From Candidatus Latescibacterota bacterium (lineage in GTDB: Bacteria; Latescibacterota; UBA2968; GCA-2709665), in assembly GCA_965226795.1 (NCBI GenBank), contig CBDDDZ010000005.1, positions 2,272,001 through 2,336,000 of the forward strand: 64,000 nucleotides of DNA. Reading direction: 5' to 3'. Position 1 is the first letter of the stretch. Each line of letters begins with the position of its first letter. The notes below the pieces were generated by a model. The model ran no database searches and had not been told where the DNA came from. It was given only the letters and a program-made list of their open reading frames with translations. Shown in pieces: positions 20,905 to 31,049 of the stretch. The translations under genes and the position numbers were made by a program.

Positions 20905-21149
20905 TTCAGTTCCTCCGTGCGTTGTTGGTTATTCCACATAATCGCAAATTACAGACCAGGGTTCAAGAGTGTTTTTTCTTTTCGGTTTGTCTGCAAATAC
21001 CGCTTCTGGGGGCTTTGCCAGTTTGCGAACCCCGACCCGTGCCCTGATCACAGCCTCCTGGTTTTCGGTTTTCATCATTAGCCACCAGGAGTCAAGATTA
21101 ACGACGTGTCCCGGCCCGATCATTGCAATCTTCAATTGGGGCTTTCTAT

Positions 21150-21235
21150 ATCGGTTGACCTATATCAATTCGGTTGCCATCAGAATCTGCGATGACAAAG
21201 TCCCGAAGACCGTATCTTTGATCGCGTAGTCCCTC
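21150..21235 (-). pseudogene. VOC/glyoxalase C-terminal remnant
   Basis: Manual translation GLRDQRYGLRDFVIADSDGNRIDIGQ. Confidence 0.55.
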
Positions 21236-21316
21236 CAGATTGCGAGAAACCGCTCCCGGCTGCTGCGAACCGTGCATCGTTGGACGAAGGGCCAAATGGC
21301 CCATAGCCGGGCATGG

Positions 21317-22144
21317 TTACGTCTTGTCGGCGACATTTGGTCCGTTCTGTGATACTGAATGCTCCTTGACGATCATTCTATCCGCATGAAGGGAGACAAA
21401 ATTGAAGCAAGGCGGGTGCTCTGCGTCAAAGTTCACTTTCTGTTCATCAGGCCAATAGTTGAGCTGGCAGAAAGTGCTTCCTACGCTGATATACGCAATG
21501 CCGTCTTTCTGGATATGGGTCCCTCGATGAACATGACCGAAAAACACGCCTCGCAGCCGATCTCTTGCCGGCAACAGTGCATCATGTAATTCGGCGCCAT
21601 TGAGCATGCCTACGTATTTGGAATACCACCTGGAATCCATATCGAGAGGCGAGTGATGAATGAAGACAGTCAATGAGCCGCTCCGCCGGCCAACTTCCGC
21701 TCGAACAATATCAAGCTGGTCTTCCGTAACTTTTCCGAAGTGGCCCACTTCATCGTATGGCTGCTGGGAATCCAGAACCAGAAACCGTTCGCTTGCAATT
21801 GAGAATCGATAACAGTTCAGGTCCGATCTGGATAGAACATCCTCTTTGGGCCCCATCTTTAGATGTTTGCGCATATAGGCACGCGTATCGTGGTTTCCTG
21901 TCACGAAGTACATGTGAATATTGATCTTAGCAAATGCCTCCGCAGCCAACTCGTAAGCGACTTCGGTGTCATGGTTCGCTATGTCGCCTGTATGGATTAT
22001 GAATCGAGGTTGGGTAGGAAGGCCATTTATGGCTTCAAGGACCCGCAGCAGATTGCGGTAAGGATTGTTGCCCAGCACGGCCCAATCTCTCGAATGCCCT
22101 AAGTGTGTGTCACTGATATGCACGAAATACAGGGGATCTGCCAT
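21317..22144 (-). CDS. metallophosphoesterase, CpdA/Icc-like phosphodiesterase
   Basis: HISDTH, TGDI, GNHD, HH.P, GHVH. Confidence 0.88.
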   Translation of the reverse strand: MADPLYFVHISDTHLGHSRDWAVLGNNPYRNLLRVLEAINGLPTQPRFIIHTGDIANHDTEVAYELAAEAFAKINIHMYFVTGNHDTRAYMRKHLKMGPKEDVLSRSDLNCYRFSIASERFLVLDSQQPYDEVGHFGKVTEDQLDIVRAEVGRRSGSLTVFIHHSPLDMDSRWYSKYVGMLNGAELHDALLPARDRLRGVFFGHVHRGTHIQKDGIAYISVGSTFCQLNYWPDEQKVNFDAEHPPCFNFVSLHADRMIVKEHSVSQNGPNVADKT

Positions 22145-22360
22145 TTCTTCCTCCTCTACCGGGCGTTGCGGATCCAATGATTCATACATGTTGACCGCGG
22201 TCCTCGGATGGGCAGCGCCGGCTGTTCGAGGGCGCGCTTTCGGCTATTGACTCTCGCCGTACCCGAAGCCGGGGTCATGGATCTGCTATACGGCCCCCAA
22301 CGACCCACGCGGGAGAAACGAGCGGGATGTTTGCGATTGCAGTCCGACGTAAAAAAGCAC

Positions 22361-22912
22361 TCATTGCCTGGATCCATGCCTGGACTCAAATTCAGTCTTT
22401 AACAAACCGAACAAGAGCCTATCCCATCGGCAATTGGACCAATATGCAGCCTCACGCTCCCGTCCTTCCTGTGCAAATCCAAGCTTCTCAAGAACTCTTA
22501 TAGCGCCTGCATTGTTTGAAGTCGTCGCAGCCGAAATCCTGTACAAGTCCAATTCTTCGAACCCGAACCGAAGCATGACCAGCGCAGCATCCGTGCAATA
22601 CCCCTTCCCCCTGTCCTGTCTGAGTGCGATTCCAAAACCGAGACTCGCTGTGCGACTCCTCCAGTCGATTCCCGAAAGCTGAATATCACCGACGAGATTT
22701 CCATCATTATCGAAGATGCCCAGGTAAATTTGACTCTTGCCCTGTTGCTGCTGGATCTCGTCAAACCATTTCTCCGAGCCCTCGAGTGAATGACCAGGCC
22801 TCACCGGTTCGGTCGGAATTGGCTCCTCGAGCTCATACTGTTCCCATAGTGTGCGGCAATGCTGGCGTTCCATTGTCCGCAATACCGCTTTTTTGCCACG
22901 CAATTCAATCAT
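22361..22912 (-). CDS. GNAT acetyltransferase, RimJ/RimL family
   Basis: RGKGYCT...GFEELDLYRI...N.GAIRVLEKLGF..EG. Confidence 0.88.
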   Translation of the reverse strand: MIELRGKKAVLRTMERQHCRTLWEQYELEEPIPTEPVRPGHSLEGSEKWFDEIQQQQGKSQIYLGIFDNDGNLVGDIQLSGIDWRSRTASLGFGIALRQDRGKGYCTDAALVMLRFGFEELDLYRISAATTSNNAGAIRVLEKLGFAQEGREREAAYWSNCRWDRLLFGLLKTEFESRHGSRQ

Positions 22913-23072
22913 GAAAGGTAACCTGTCAACGTATTCACGATCTGGATATCCTCGCCGATGGATTTCAACAACATCGCTGCTGAGTTGGCATAGCAGTTTG
23001 GAGCATTTCCTGCATATTCGAGCATCGTCTTCTCCCCTCACTCGACGAACGTTCAGGCAGGAAAGGCGTTGC

Positions 23073-23195
23073 GCATAGCGTCCAGCAGGGCTGATGGCCG
23101 GTTTGGGAACCCGCGAAGCGGGTTGCGCAGGCCAGGGCGCCCGTCGGCAAGCGTAGGACAGGCTCCGCGCCGAAGCACAAGAGGACTTGTTATAG
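23073..23195 (-). repeat. attC-like site with a decayed palindromic insertion
   Basis: GAACCCGCGAAGCGGGTTGCGCAGGCCAGGGCGCC[CGTCGGCAAGCGTAGGACAGGCTCC]GCGCC...TGTTATAG. Confidence 0.7.
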
Positions 23196-23268
23196 GTCTA
23201 CAAAGGTCTTCGGAGTTGCAACATCCAATTGGACACCCTCGCCGAGTCCCGGTTTTATCTTAAAGTCC

Positions 23269-23841
23269 TCATTCGCTGGCGCGAGCAAGGTATTGCAATG
23301 CCAACGAAATTGCAGAAACCCACGACAAGACCTTGAACTCTCCGGAGCCTAACGCATCTTCCAACTCCTGCCGAGAAAGAAACAGAAGTTGTTGATCCTC
23401 AATGTCATCACTGCAAGGTTCAGTTACTTGCCGTGCCTTACGAGCCAGGAACAAGTGCCGAACGCCAACACCGCGATTGGGGTCGACCTTGTAGCTGCCA
23501 AGGTCGATCCATTCCGTCGCTTCGAATCCAGTCTCCTCCAGCAGTTCACGCTTTGCAGCCGTTAATGGATCCTCACCGGGTTCAACCATACCTGCTACAG
23601 GCGCCAGAGTCGTTCCCTCGACCGCGTATTTCGTCTGCCGAAAACAAAGGAACCTGCCGTCAGAATCGACCGCGAGAATGATCGATGCGTCCGGGCCGAC
23701 TATCCAGGGCCAGTCGGCGATGACCTGTCCATCCGGCCATTGTACTGTGTGACGCTCTACATTCAGATATGGTCCGTGATTTAGAATTGTGCGACGCGAA
23801 AGGGTCTTGAACGGTCGCAGTTCCTTGCCATCGGTTGTCAT
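23269..23841 (-). CDS. NUDIX hydrolase (ADP-ribose pyrophosphatase-like)
   Basis: AGMVEPGEDPLTAAKRELLEETG. Confidence 0.9.
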   Translation of the reverse strand: MTTDGKELRPFKTLSRRTILNHGPYLNVERHTVQWPDGQVIADWPWIVGPDASIILAVDSDGRFLCFRQTKYAVEGTTLAPVAGMVEPGEDPLTAAKRELLEETGFEATEWIDLGSYKVDPNRGVGVRHLFLARKARQVTEPCSDDIEDQQLLFLSRQELEDALGSGEFKVLSWVSAISLALQYLARASE

Positions 23842-24109
23842 TTGTCCTCCCTCAGAATGCTGGGGCGTGGTGGATACAGTTCTTGCGGTTATCTACATGG
23901 TCTTGTCGATCCGGAAACCGGTGTTGTGTATGACGTTCAGCAATGGCTGGTGGCTGCCGACCGCCGCAGGCGGTTGGTGCGCCGCTTGCTTCTCTCGCTC
24001 TCACAGCAAGCGGTGTGACAAAGGCAGCTATACCTATAGGCCGAGGGGCGTCCGAACGGCGGCACCGCAAAAACCGTGAGGTCGACCGCAGTGCTCAGCC
24101 TGACCACGG

Positions 24110-24922
24110 CTAACCGAACTGTTCTTCCAGCCATGCGATCGCGAAGTCTGCCAGATCCTTGGCGTCGAACAGATACGAGTCCGCTGCACCAACCCGCCCC
24201 TCCGCGCAGCGTCCGAGAGCCATATACTCTTTTGAAATGGACTGGAAATAGCTGCCGTCGGGCCAGTCAACGATTCCGTTGGAAGTATCGAACTGCTCGA
24301 ACTCGATCCATTCGCACTTGCCACCGCGCAAGACCGGCCATCGATAGCGCTCGGTTCTCTTGTTGGGCACGTCAGCAACGTGTTCCGCGTAGTGGAGAAT
24401 GGTGAGGCTATCGAAAAGCGGTCCAAGCAGGAGTATTTTTCCCCGAACTTCGCACAACTTCTCGAGGGGGGAATCCGCGCCATAACCGAACTGTAGCGGA
24501 TGGTTTGACGTTATCCAATCCGCCCTCGCGCCAACTGCTGCCACTCGTGCCTCAGGATGGGCGCTGCAACGTGACCCTGGCCACGTGCGCAGGTACTCTG
24601 TAAGGATGCTCCACTCACGAAATGCGCGAGTCCGGGAAGGACCAAACGGTGGACACTCTGCGAGATAGGCTTTCTGCCAGTCCTCCGGCCACTCATCGAA
24701 TTCGTTCAGAGGCTCCTCGCACTTCACGTACATCATCAGGGTCCCCGATGAACCGAGCACGTCCAGGATCGCCCGAAGCACCATATCAGGCCCCCCGACG
24801 ATCCAACCGACTGCCTTGACAGAAGCATGCAGCATCACGGTGTCGCCTGAGGCAATCCCCAGTTTCGATAAGTCAGATACCAATCTGCTTCGTGTAATCG
24901 CCGGCAGATTTGTGTTGGCCAT
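24110..24922 (-). CDS. AAC(3) family aminoglycoside N(3)-acetyltransferase-like protein
   Basis: GDTVMLHASVKAVGWIVGG, S.HP, YGADSP, TILHYAE; 813 bp; start MANTNLP. Confidence 0.88.
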   Translation of the reverse strand: MANTNLPAITRSRLVSDLSKLGIASGDTVMLHASVKAVGWIVGGPDMVLRAILDVLGSSGTLMMYVKCEEPLNEFDEWPEDWQKAYLAECPPFGPSRTRAFREWSILTEYLRTWPGSRCSAHPEARVAAVGARADWITSNHPLQFGYGADSPLEKLCEVRGKILLLGPLFDSLTILHYAEHVADVPNKRTERYRWPVLRGGKCEWIEFEQFDTSNGIVDWPDGSYFQSISKEYMALGRCAEGRVGAADSYLFDAKDLADFAIAWLEEQFG

Positions 24923-25036
24923 GCCGCTTGCCTCCCGTGTCAGGGAAGTCATTTTATTGCAGAAAACGTCGTCCGTGACCACGAACCGCGCAACGTTAAC
25001 AGGCCTGCTGAGCTGTTGGCTTTCTACGAACTTTAG

Positions 25037-25196
25037 CAGCCCGTTGAAAAAGTCCATCCGGTCTGCGGCCGGCTCTTGTGGCCGAATTACTGCGTTGCGC
25101 TCCCTCTCCGAATCCCCGGATTCGGCTCGGTCGCGCGCCTTGTCTTCGGTCACAATGGCTCGGCCTCGCCTGCAGAGCAACTTTTTCAACGGACTG
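25037..25196. mobile_element. 160-bp MITE with terminal inverted repeats
   Basis: CAGCCCGTTGAAAAAGT ... ACTTTTTCAACGGACTG (16/17 match), flanked by TTAG on both sides. Confidence 0.75.
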
Positions 25197-25314
25197 TTAG
25201 ACGTATGTCCACTCATTCTTGGGGCGCACTGCTTAGGGTTAAATCCTATTTGGACAAGGAACCGCGTCAAATCCTGCCTCAACTTCTGACCAATTCCCGG
25301 TCCGCACCCCCCCT

Positions 25315-25615
25315 GTACCAGCACCGGTATTTCCGACCGTGTCCGCCCGGGGATATTTGGATCGGCTCCCACGTGCAGCAAGAACCGGACGACTTCAACC
25401 CTTTTGCCGCGTGTTGCTTCCCACAGAAACGTCCTGTTGTGACCGCCGCTCTTGGCCAGCAGCAGCGACGGGTCCCGCTTCAGATGCCGTTTTACAGCGT
25501 TCGAATCTCCGCGTCGTGCATCCTTTAAAATCCTGTCGATACCGAAGCGGCCGCTGTGGCCTGAACGCGGCTTGACTTCATCTCCCCATTCGTGGTCGTC
25601 CGGAGCAGTACCCAT
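25315..25615 (-). pseudogene. ankyrin-repeat protein 5' fragment
   Basis: DARRGD..AVK..L...P...NRTFLWEATRGKRVEVVRFLLHVGADPN, then unrelated sequence. Confidence 0.6.
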
Positions 25616-25853
25616 CGTCTCTGTACCTGATTCAGCCGGCTATTTCGGACTACTGACGTTACGTCGATTTCCGAACCCCGCGCTCGGCCGCGGCGCATGC
25701 CCTGAGCCGCTCACATTTGCACAAGTGGATGTAATGGAAGAGGTACGAACCCGAGAGATCGCCAAAAGAAACAACGGGGCGGTCATCACCCCGTTTCGTG
25801 TTTTTTTCCTGATAGGCGTACCAATTTTGCCGTAGACGATGTTGGAAATCAGT

Positions 25854-26080
25854 TCACATCAGGGCTCGAAATTCTTCCACGGTCAAACCGGCCTCGCGAA
25901 TGATCGCTCGAAGAGTTCCGCTTTGGCTACTTGTCTATGATTGGGGACTACGATACGGCGATAGGGTTCTCGATTCAGTCGTAATACGATGTGGCTTCCG
26001 CGTTGACGATCGTACTCATAGCCGATCTTTCCTAATGCGCTGACAACATCGCGACCGGACACAACCGGGAGCGGGCTCAA
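25854..26080 (-). pseudogene. hicA: HicA toxin, frameshifted near the C-terminus
   Basis: RQRGSHIVL...VVPNH; removing 2 nt at ~25920 restores KGTLRAIIREAGLTVEEFRALM*. Confidence 0.85.
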
Positions 26081-26298
26081 ATTTTAATCTCGATGATTTC
26101 TTCCGTAATCGCGGGAGGAATCGGGTCCCCATGGGCTTCCAGACTCTCAATATAGAGCTCCATCGCTTCCTGCGCATTTTCCAGGGCTTCCTTTCGAGTA
26201 GACCCTTGCGAAATGCACCCTGGTAAAGCGGGAACCTCGGCCACAAAAATACCGTCTTCGTCTTGCTCGATGTGTACCCTGAATTTGATTTTGCTCAT
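26077..26298 (-). CDS. hicB: HicB family antitoxin
   Basis: DEDG.FVAEVPALPGCISQGSTRKEALENAQEA. Confidence 0.9.
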   Translation of the reverse strand: MSKIKFRVHIEQDEDGIFVAEVPALPGCISQGSTRKEALENAQEAMELYIESLEAHGDPIPPAITEEIIEIKI

Positions 26299-26702
26299 TT
26301 CGCTGTCCCCGACTATCGACTATTCCCTCCAAATATGCTTTCCAACGCATCAAAGATAGCCATTATTCAATACCGTTGCAATCAGTATTGGAGTTTTTTG
26401 TCTTCCTCGATCAGAAAACCTGAACTACCATCTAATTGCGATTGGACCGTCTTCAGATCGCCTTGCGTGGCGCCTTCCAGGTTTACGGAAGACCGTGGCG
26501 GCTTAGCCGCCGCATTGGCGTACACGTTGTTTCCGGAAATCGGACATCACTTGGTACACTCGCAGTGCTCTTCCCGCGATCATTCCAGCCCGAGTCTTTG
26601 TTCCACCTATAGGGGTTATCCATATACGCTGACGTTTCCGACGCGCGGTCGTGTTACCCTGCGCGCATCGCCCAGTAACCAACACTTTCTATGCAATTGA
26701 AT

Positions 26703-27776
26703 CTACTCGGTCGCTTCAATAAGCGCGAGTGCCGCTTTGACACTGGCAATTGCGTTTCGTTCCGCCTGGAGCGCGGTAGAGATAAGCCTGCTCGCCTCGG
26801 CGCGGGCGTCATCGGTAAATTCGTCCGCATCCCCGGAGCACTCGCAGACCAAAAGGAGCTTACCCGACGCTTCGGCAACGCGATCATAGTGACCGGCTGC
26901 TGACCGGAGTTCGGAGTCGGCCACCGGGAATACATCGGTGAGATCCCGCAAATAAGCTGCGGCGTAGCGCCGGAGGGACGTCAGTACTCCTGCGTGGCTT
27001 TGAGTATCCTTAACGATTCCGTGGCTCCTCGGATGCCGCTGACCGGGATCGGGACTCGCTCCCGAATCGATGGCGTCCCGCCAGAGTTCGAAGGCGGCGA
27101 GGCCCCGAGCGTCCACTTTGATTGGGGCTTTGTCGGTATCGTATCGAGTCCCGTTCGCAAACGCGACCGCGTTCCTTAGCGCCTTGACGTGGGTGCTCGG
27201 CACATCGCCCTGCTCCGATCCATCGTAGACGAACACACAGAAATCTTCGGGAGGGTCGACGTCTCCGATCTCGTCGTAGCGAACGCCAAATTCCCCGCCG
27301 CGACGGCGAACGATGTAGGATTCGTCCGCCTCGTCGTAACCCACCAGGAGACCCCAATCGCGGGCCGAATCCTCTTTTGGATACATAGGGGCCCACGCAG
27401 CCGCCGGTATCCCACGGTCGATGCTTTCCCGAACGGCATCCCAGGCGGCAGCCTTGATCTTCCTGCTTTCGTCGGGGTCGGTGTCCCCCTGGCGCGCCTG
27501 AAAGCGCTGAATTCGGCAGCCCAGTTCCGCTTCCGGGCGGGCCTCGAAGACCAGCCACCAGTCCAGGTTCCCCTCCTGCCAGACGTCCCCGCCGCCTTTC
27601 TTCATTTCGAAACTGAAGGCATTGCCCAGTACGCCTTGAAGCCGCGCAGGCGACCATTCCGTTTGCCCCGGCGCCCGAAGCATGTCGTGGAAGGCACTGA
27701 TGATACGGGTCCAGACTTTCGTCCTCTCGATGTCCAGAACCTTGCGCAGATGCCCTCTTTTCGATTCGGATACCAT
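26703..27776 (-). CDS. hypothetical protein (start uncertain; frame is open to 28181)
   Basis: Long ORF with GAGGAG before MVSESKRG; WGLLVGYD motif loosely resembles C39/BtrH-like folds. Confidence 0.65.
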   Translation of the reverse strand: MVSESKRGHLRKVLDIERTKVWTRIISAFHDMLRAPGQTEWSPARLQGVLGNAFSFEMKKGGGDVWQEGNLDWWLVFEARPEAELGCRIQRFQARQGDTDPDESRKIKAAAWDAVRESIDRGIPAAAWAPMYPKEDSARDWGLLVGYDEADESYIVRRRGGEFGVRYDEIGDVDPPEDFCVFVYDGSEQGDVPSTHVKALRNAVAFANGTRYDTDKAPIKVDARGLAAFELWRDAIDSGASPDPGQRHPRSHGIVKDTQSHAGVLTSLRRYAAAYLRDLTDVFPVADSELRSAAGHYDRVAEASGKLLLVCECSGDADEFTDDARAEASRLISTALQAERNAIASVKAALALIEATE

Positions 27777-28035
27777 TTTCTTCTCCTCTATCACGTTCGC
27801 GCCGGGCGTTTCGAGCGCAACGACTGCGACGACCAGGGTAACTGAAATACGGACAAGGAAGGAAAGTACGATGTTTGGCAGCCCTCGCCGTACTTTTCCG
27901 CCATCAAGGACAAAGAGCCGTCGGACGCGTGATAGGACGGCGCCGCACGTTGCGACCAGAGCCAATATCGGGCTCATAGAGGCTTCCCGCTTGACAATCA
28001 CCTCCGCGTGCCGCTTGCGACCCGACTCCGGCGAT

Positions 28036-28200
28036 TCAGGTTGTTTCTCGCAATTCATAACCCAGGCGCTCCAGGCTCCTTTGAGGCCACGCTTTGTTCC
28101 TGTCGTATCCTTCTTCAAACTGAGAAACATGAGCCGGCAGCTCGAGCCAGGCATGCTTTTCTTTGGTCCAGATGTGCGCATTTATCTCAAGAAACCTCAT
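28036..28200 (-). pseudogene. short ORF, possible GFA-family C-terminal remnant
   Basis: GGAGG RBS; AHIWTKEKHAWLELP. Confidence 0.35.
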
Positions 28201-28246
28201 ATCCTCCAATGTCTCATCCGAAACAACACCTCTGTGTTAAACACGA

Positions 28247-29191
28247 TTACCCCAACCGTTTCACCAGGTGGTAATCCACCAGTTGTCTCACCCTGTATCC
28301 GGCGCCGAAATAGATCTCCTGAGCCGGATTATTCAGTCCCGTATGGAGCGTATTGCGTACCATACCCCGTTTCTTGAACTCCGCACACATCAAATTGAAC
28401 AGCACCGTACCGATCTTGCCCCGCCGGTAGTCCGGATGTGTCCCGATCCCGGTAAAACCGCCGCTTCCATCCTTGCCCACCCGGATCGGCCCGGCAAAAC
28501 CCACCACTGTCGGCCCGTCCGTGGCGATCAGCACGGGATATGGCGGGTCTCCGTCCATACATCCTTGCACAGAAGCCTCCCAACCGCCCGGGAACAGTGC
28601 CTTCATAAACCCACACAACGCGTCCCGATGTCCGGCTTCGCACAACCCGAACAGGATGCCTCGATGTCGGTTCTTTTCAATAAAACCTTCTATCTCCTCC
28701 CGAAGTTCAAACTCGGCAAACGTCGCTTCCATAAACAGACTCACCGACCCGCTGTTGCGGAATCCCCGATTCAAGAAGAACGTATAGGCCGGCGTCTTTA
28801 CATCGACCCCAGTTGCAAATGACATCGGATTTCCCTTATAACCAATCCGAATTTCCGTACATCCGCAACCTGCCAGAAATCCCTCCGCGGCATCCAGGAG
28901 CATACCCCCAACCCATTTTTGACGAAAATCCGAATCCACCATCAACACGCTCAGGTAGCCTGTCTCTCCCGGCCCGGGCGCCACCGCCAGAACAAACCCG
29001 ACAACCCTGCCCTCCACGCTTGCAATTAACGCACCCTCGGGGTCAAAATCCGGATGAGCCAGGACGCGCTGCCGAAACCCCGCTTCATCCATCCGGAAAT
29101 CATATTTCCGGTCTGCAAACACCCGCTGCCAGAGATCCATAACCGGCTCCAGGTCTTTGTCTTTCCAGGGAGCAATCGCTAAAGTGTCCAT
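28247..29191 (-). CDS. two-domain GNAT acetyltransferase
   Basis: Two motif-A regions (VDSDFRQKWVG; THPDYRRGKIG). Confidence 0.85.
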   Translation of the reverse strand: MDTLAIAPWKDKDLEPVMDLWQRVFADRKYDFRMDEAGFRQRVLAHPDFDPEGALIASVEGRVVGFVLAVAPGPGETGYLSVLMVDSDFRQKWVGGMLLDAAEGFLAGCGCTEIRIGYKGNPMSFATGVDVKTPAYTFFLNRGFRNSGSVSLFMEATFAEFELREEIEGFIEKNRHRGILFGLCEAGHRDALCGFMKALFPGGWEASVQGCMDGDPPYPVLIATDGPTVVGFAGPIRVGKDGSGGFTGIGTHPDYRRGKIGTVLFNLMCAEFKKRGMVRNTLHTGLNNPAQEIYFGAGYRVRQLVDYHLVKRLG

Positions 29192-29271
29192 AACTTTAAT
29201 CCACCAATCCCTTTGACTGCTTGTGAATTCCTGGACCTTTGGGGCCCCTCTTAGAAGCCCGGTCGGCGCTT

Positions 29272-29667
29272 CTAAGAGGGTGGGAGGAACGCTACGGCTT
29301 CAATCTCGACCAGATAATCGGATTGAGCGAGGCCGCTGACGAACAACAGCGTGTTCGGGGGGAACGGGTCCCTGAAGAAGCGGTTGCGGACACGACGAAG
29401 GGCCTCAAGGTGACTGCGTTCGGTCAGATAGGTGGTCAACTTGACGATGTCTTCCAGACGACCTCCGAGCTCCTCGAGAATGGCCTGAAGATTCGCGTAG
29501 ACCTGGTGTGTCTGTGCCTCGATATCGCCTTTCCCTACCAGGTTGCCGCCCGCGTCCAGGGCGATTTGACCGGCGATGTAGACGGTGTCGCCGGCCTTCG
29601 CTACGTGAGAGTAACCCACCCCTGCCGTCGAGTGTACGCTTGCCGGATGAATGATCTCTCGGGCCAT
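29272..29667 (-). CDS. RidA/YjgF/UK114 family protein
   Basis: YSH...YIAGQ...P.NTL..V.GL....LVEIEAVA. Confidence 0.92.
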   Translation of the reverse strand: MAREIIHPASVHSTAGVGYSHVAKAGDTVYIAGQIALDAGGNLVGKGDIEAQTHQVYANLQAILEELGGRLEDIVKLTTYLTERSHLEALRRVRNRFFRDPFPPNTLLFVSGLAQSDYLVEIEAVAFLPPS

Positions 29668-29747
29668 CGCTCTCCACCTCCTGTGTTATTGTTGTGTTCG
29701 GCTCCAAAGGCTGCGGGTTCCGTGCGCAAGCGTTTAACCTGCACGAA

Positions 29748-29994
29748 CCTCTCCCCCCAGCCCCCTCTCCTGCGAGGAGAGGGGGAGTTGATCCAAGCGT
29801 TGCGTAAATGCTGTATCATATAAGCTCTGATTGATTGGAGGACGCCATCTCGTCACTTTCCAAGCGCAACTCGCCGACCAATCACGATATTTCGCCCGGG
29901 TTTTTTCATCAATCGAGACCTCTTCATCCTATCCAATCGTTCATCAACCGAACACAGTTCCCCCTTCCTCTCAGGAAGGGGGATAGGGGGTAGG
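29748..29994. repeat. inverted pair of C/G-rich REP-like palindromes
   Basis: CCTCTCCCCCCAGCCCCCTCTCC-TGCGA-GGAGAGGGGGAG and TTCCCCCTTCCTCTCAGGAAGGGGGATAGGGGGTAGG. Confidence 0.6.
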
Positions 29995-30132
29995 TCTCGT
30001 CTGTTTTGAACAATTCAAATCCAGAATGGATTATACATTGGGATTCGCTCGGAAGCTGTCTCTGCTTCGTGAAATCGCAATCCGTGACAGTTCATGCATT
30101 ATTCAGGTTGAATAGACACAAAGAGTTGTACC

Positions 30133-30543
30133 TTACGTTCTTCCGGTTAATCTTCCACCAATACACGCCATGGGCACGTAAGCGCAAACCAGGTCCACGA
30201 CGTTGAACAGGACCGGGCCCCCTATCATGATGACATTGACGATGCCGCCGATCAGGAAGAGTCCCCCAACCACCATCGCCGCTGCCATCCTGCAGCTTGC
30301 GGCGATTTGGGCGGCCAGATACGCGCCCGCAAGGGTCCCAAGCGCATGAGCGAGAAACGGGAATATGAAGTGCTTGAACTCGAACAGGTGCATGGAAGAC
30401 CTGATGGACTCCACATTGGTCACGTCGACGCCATCAGGAGGAGGAATTATTACAGGGCCTACCATGACCACAATCATATTTGCGATACTGCCGACAACAA
30501 CACCAACAATGACGGCCAGGACATTCTTCAGTTTTGAACCCAT
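30133..30543 (-). CDS. small integral membrane protein
   Basis: 136 aa with about four TM segments; PFLAHALGTLAG. Confidence 0.75.
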   Translation of the reverse strand: MGSKLKNVLAVIVGVVVGSIANMIVVMVGPVIIPPPDGVDVTNVESIRSSMHLFEFKHFIFPFLAHALGTLAGAYLAAQIAASCRMAAAMVVGGLFLIGGIVNVIMIGGPVLFNVVDLVCAYVPMACIGGRLTGRT

Positions 30544-30680
30544 AGATCACCTCATCTGTTAGAATTCCTTTTCGAATGCCTCTCCTTCACATCCTGTAGC
30601 TTTAGCCTTGATTCGCAAGAAATCGGATGAACCCGTGCCGCAATAAGCTACGGTGGATCACCACCGCTGCCGTTTGCCGC

Positions 30681-30703
30681 GCGCCCACAAGGGGCGCCCC
30701 TAC
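30681..30703 (-). repeat. GTAG-type REP element
   Basis: Minus strand GTAGGGGCGCCCCTTGTGGGCGC: GTAG tetranucleotide plus imperfect palindrome. Confidence 0.55.
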
Positions 30704-31049
30704 AACGCGACGAGGAGTCAGTCAGGGCTGAAGGTGCTTGATCCGGTACCGCAAACTGGCAGTTTGCGGTCCGATAGCCGGACCATCGCCTCTAACGTAC
30801 CAAGCGGACCTCAAGCCTTCAAAAACAAGCAATTTACAGCCCTGCCAATCCGCGAAAATTGGGGAATGCACAGCGTTCAAATGTGCCGTCTATCGTTTCA
30901 CATTCGGTAAAATCGAGAACCGCCGCTTTGTGACGTCAAATCGCCTTTGTTCTTCTATATAAATCCAGGCTAATGTAGCCGAAGGCAAGGGCCCCGAAGG
31001 GCGGCCGTCTGCGCCCCAGCTTTGACCGCTATGCGTGGCTTGACCAGGT

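Noticed and set aside
24110..25615. 501-aa ankyrin-AAC(3) fusion ORF
   Set aside because: The frame passes through an ankyrin fragment and a MITE; the paralog at 31050-31862 defines the true 813-bp gene, so the read-through is probably fortuitous.
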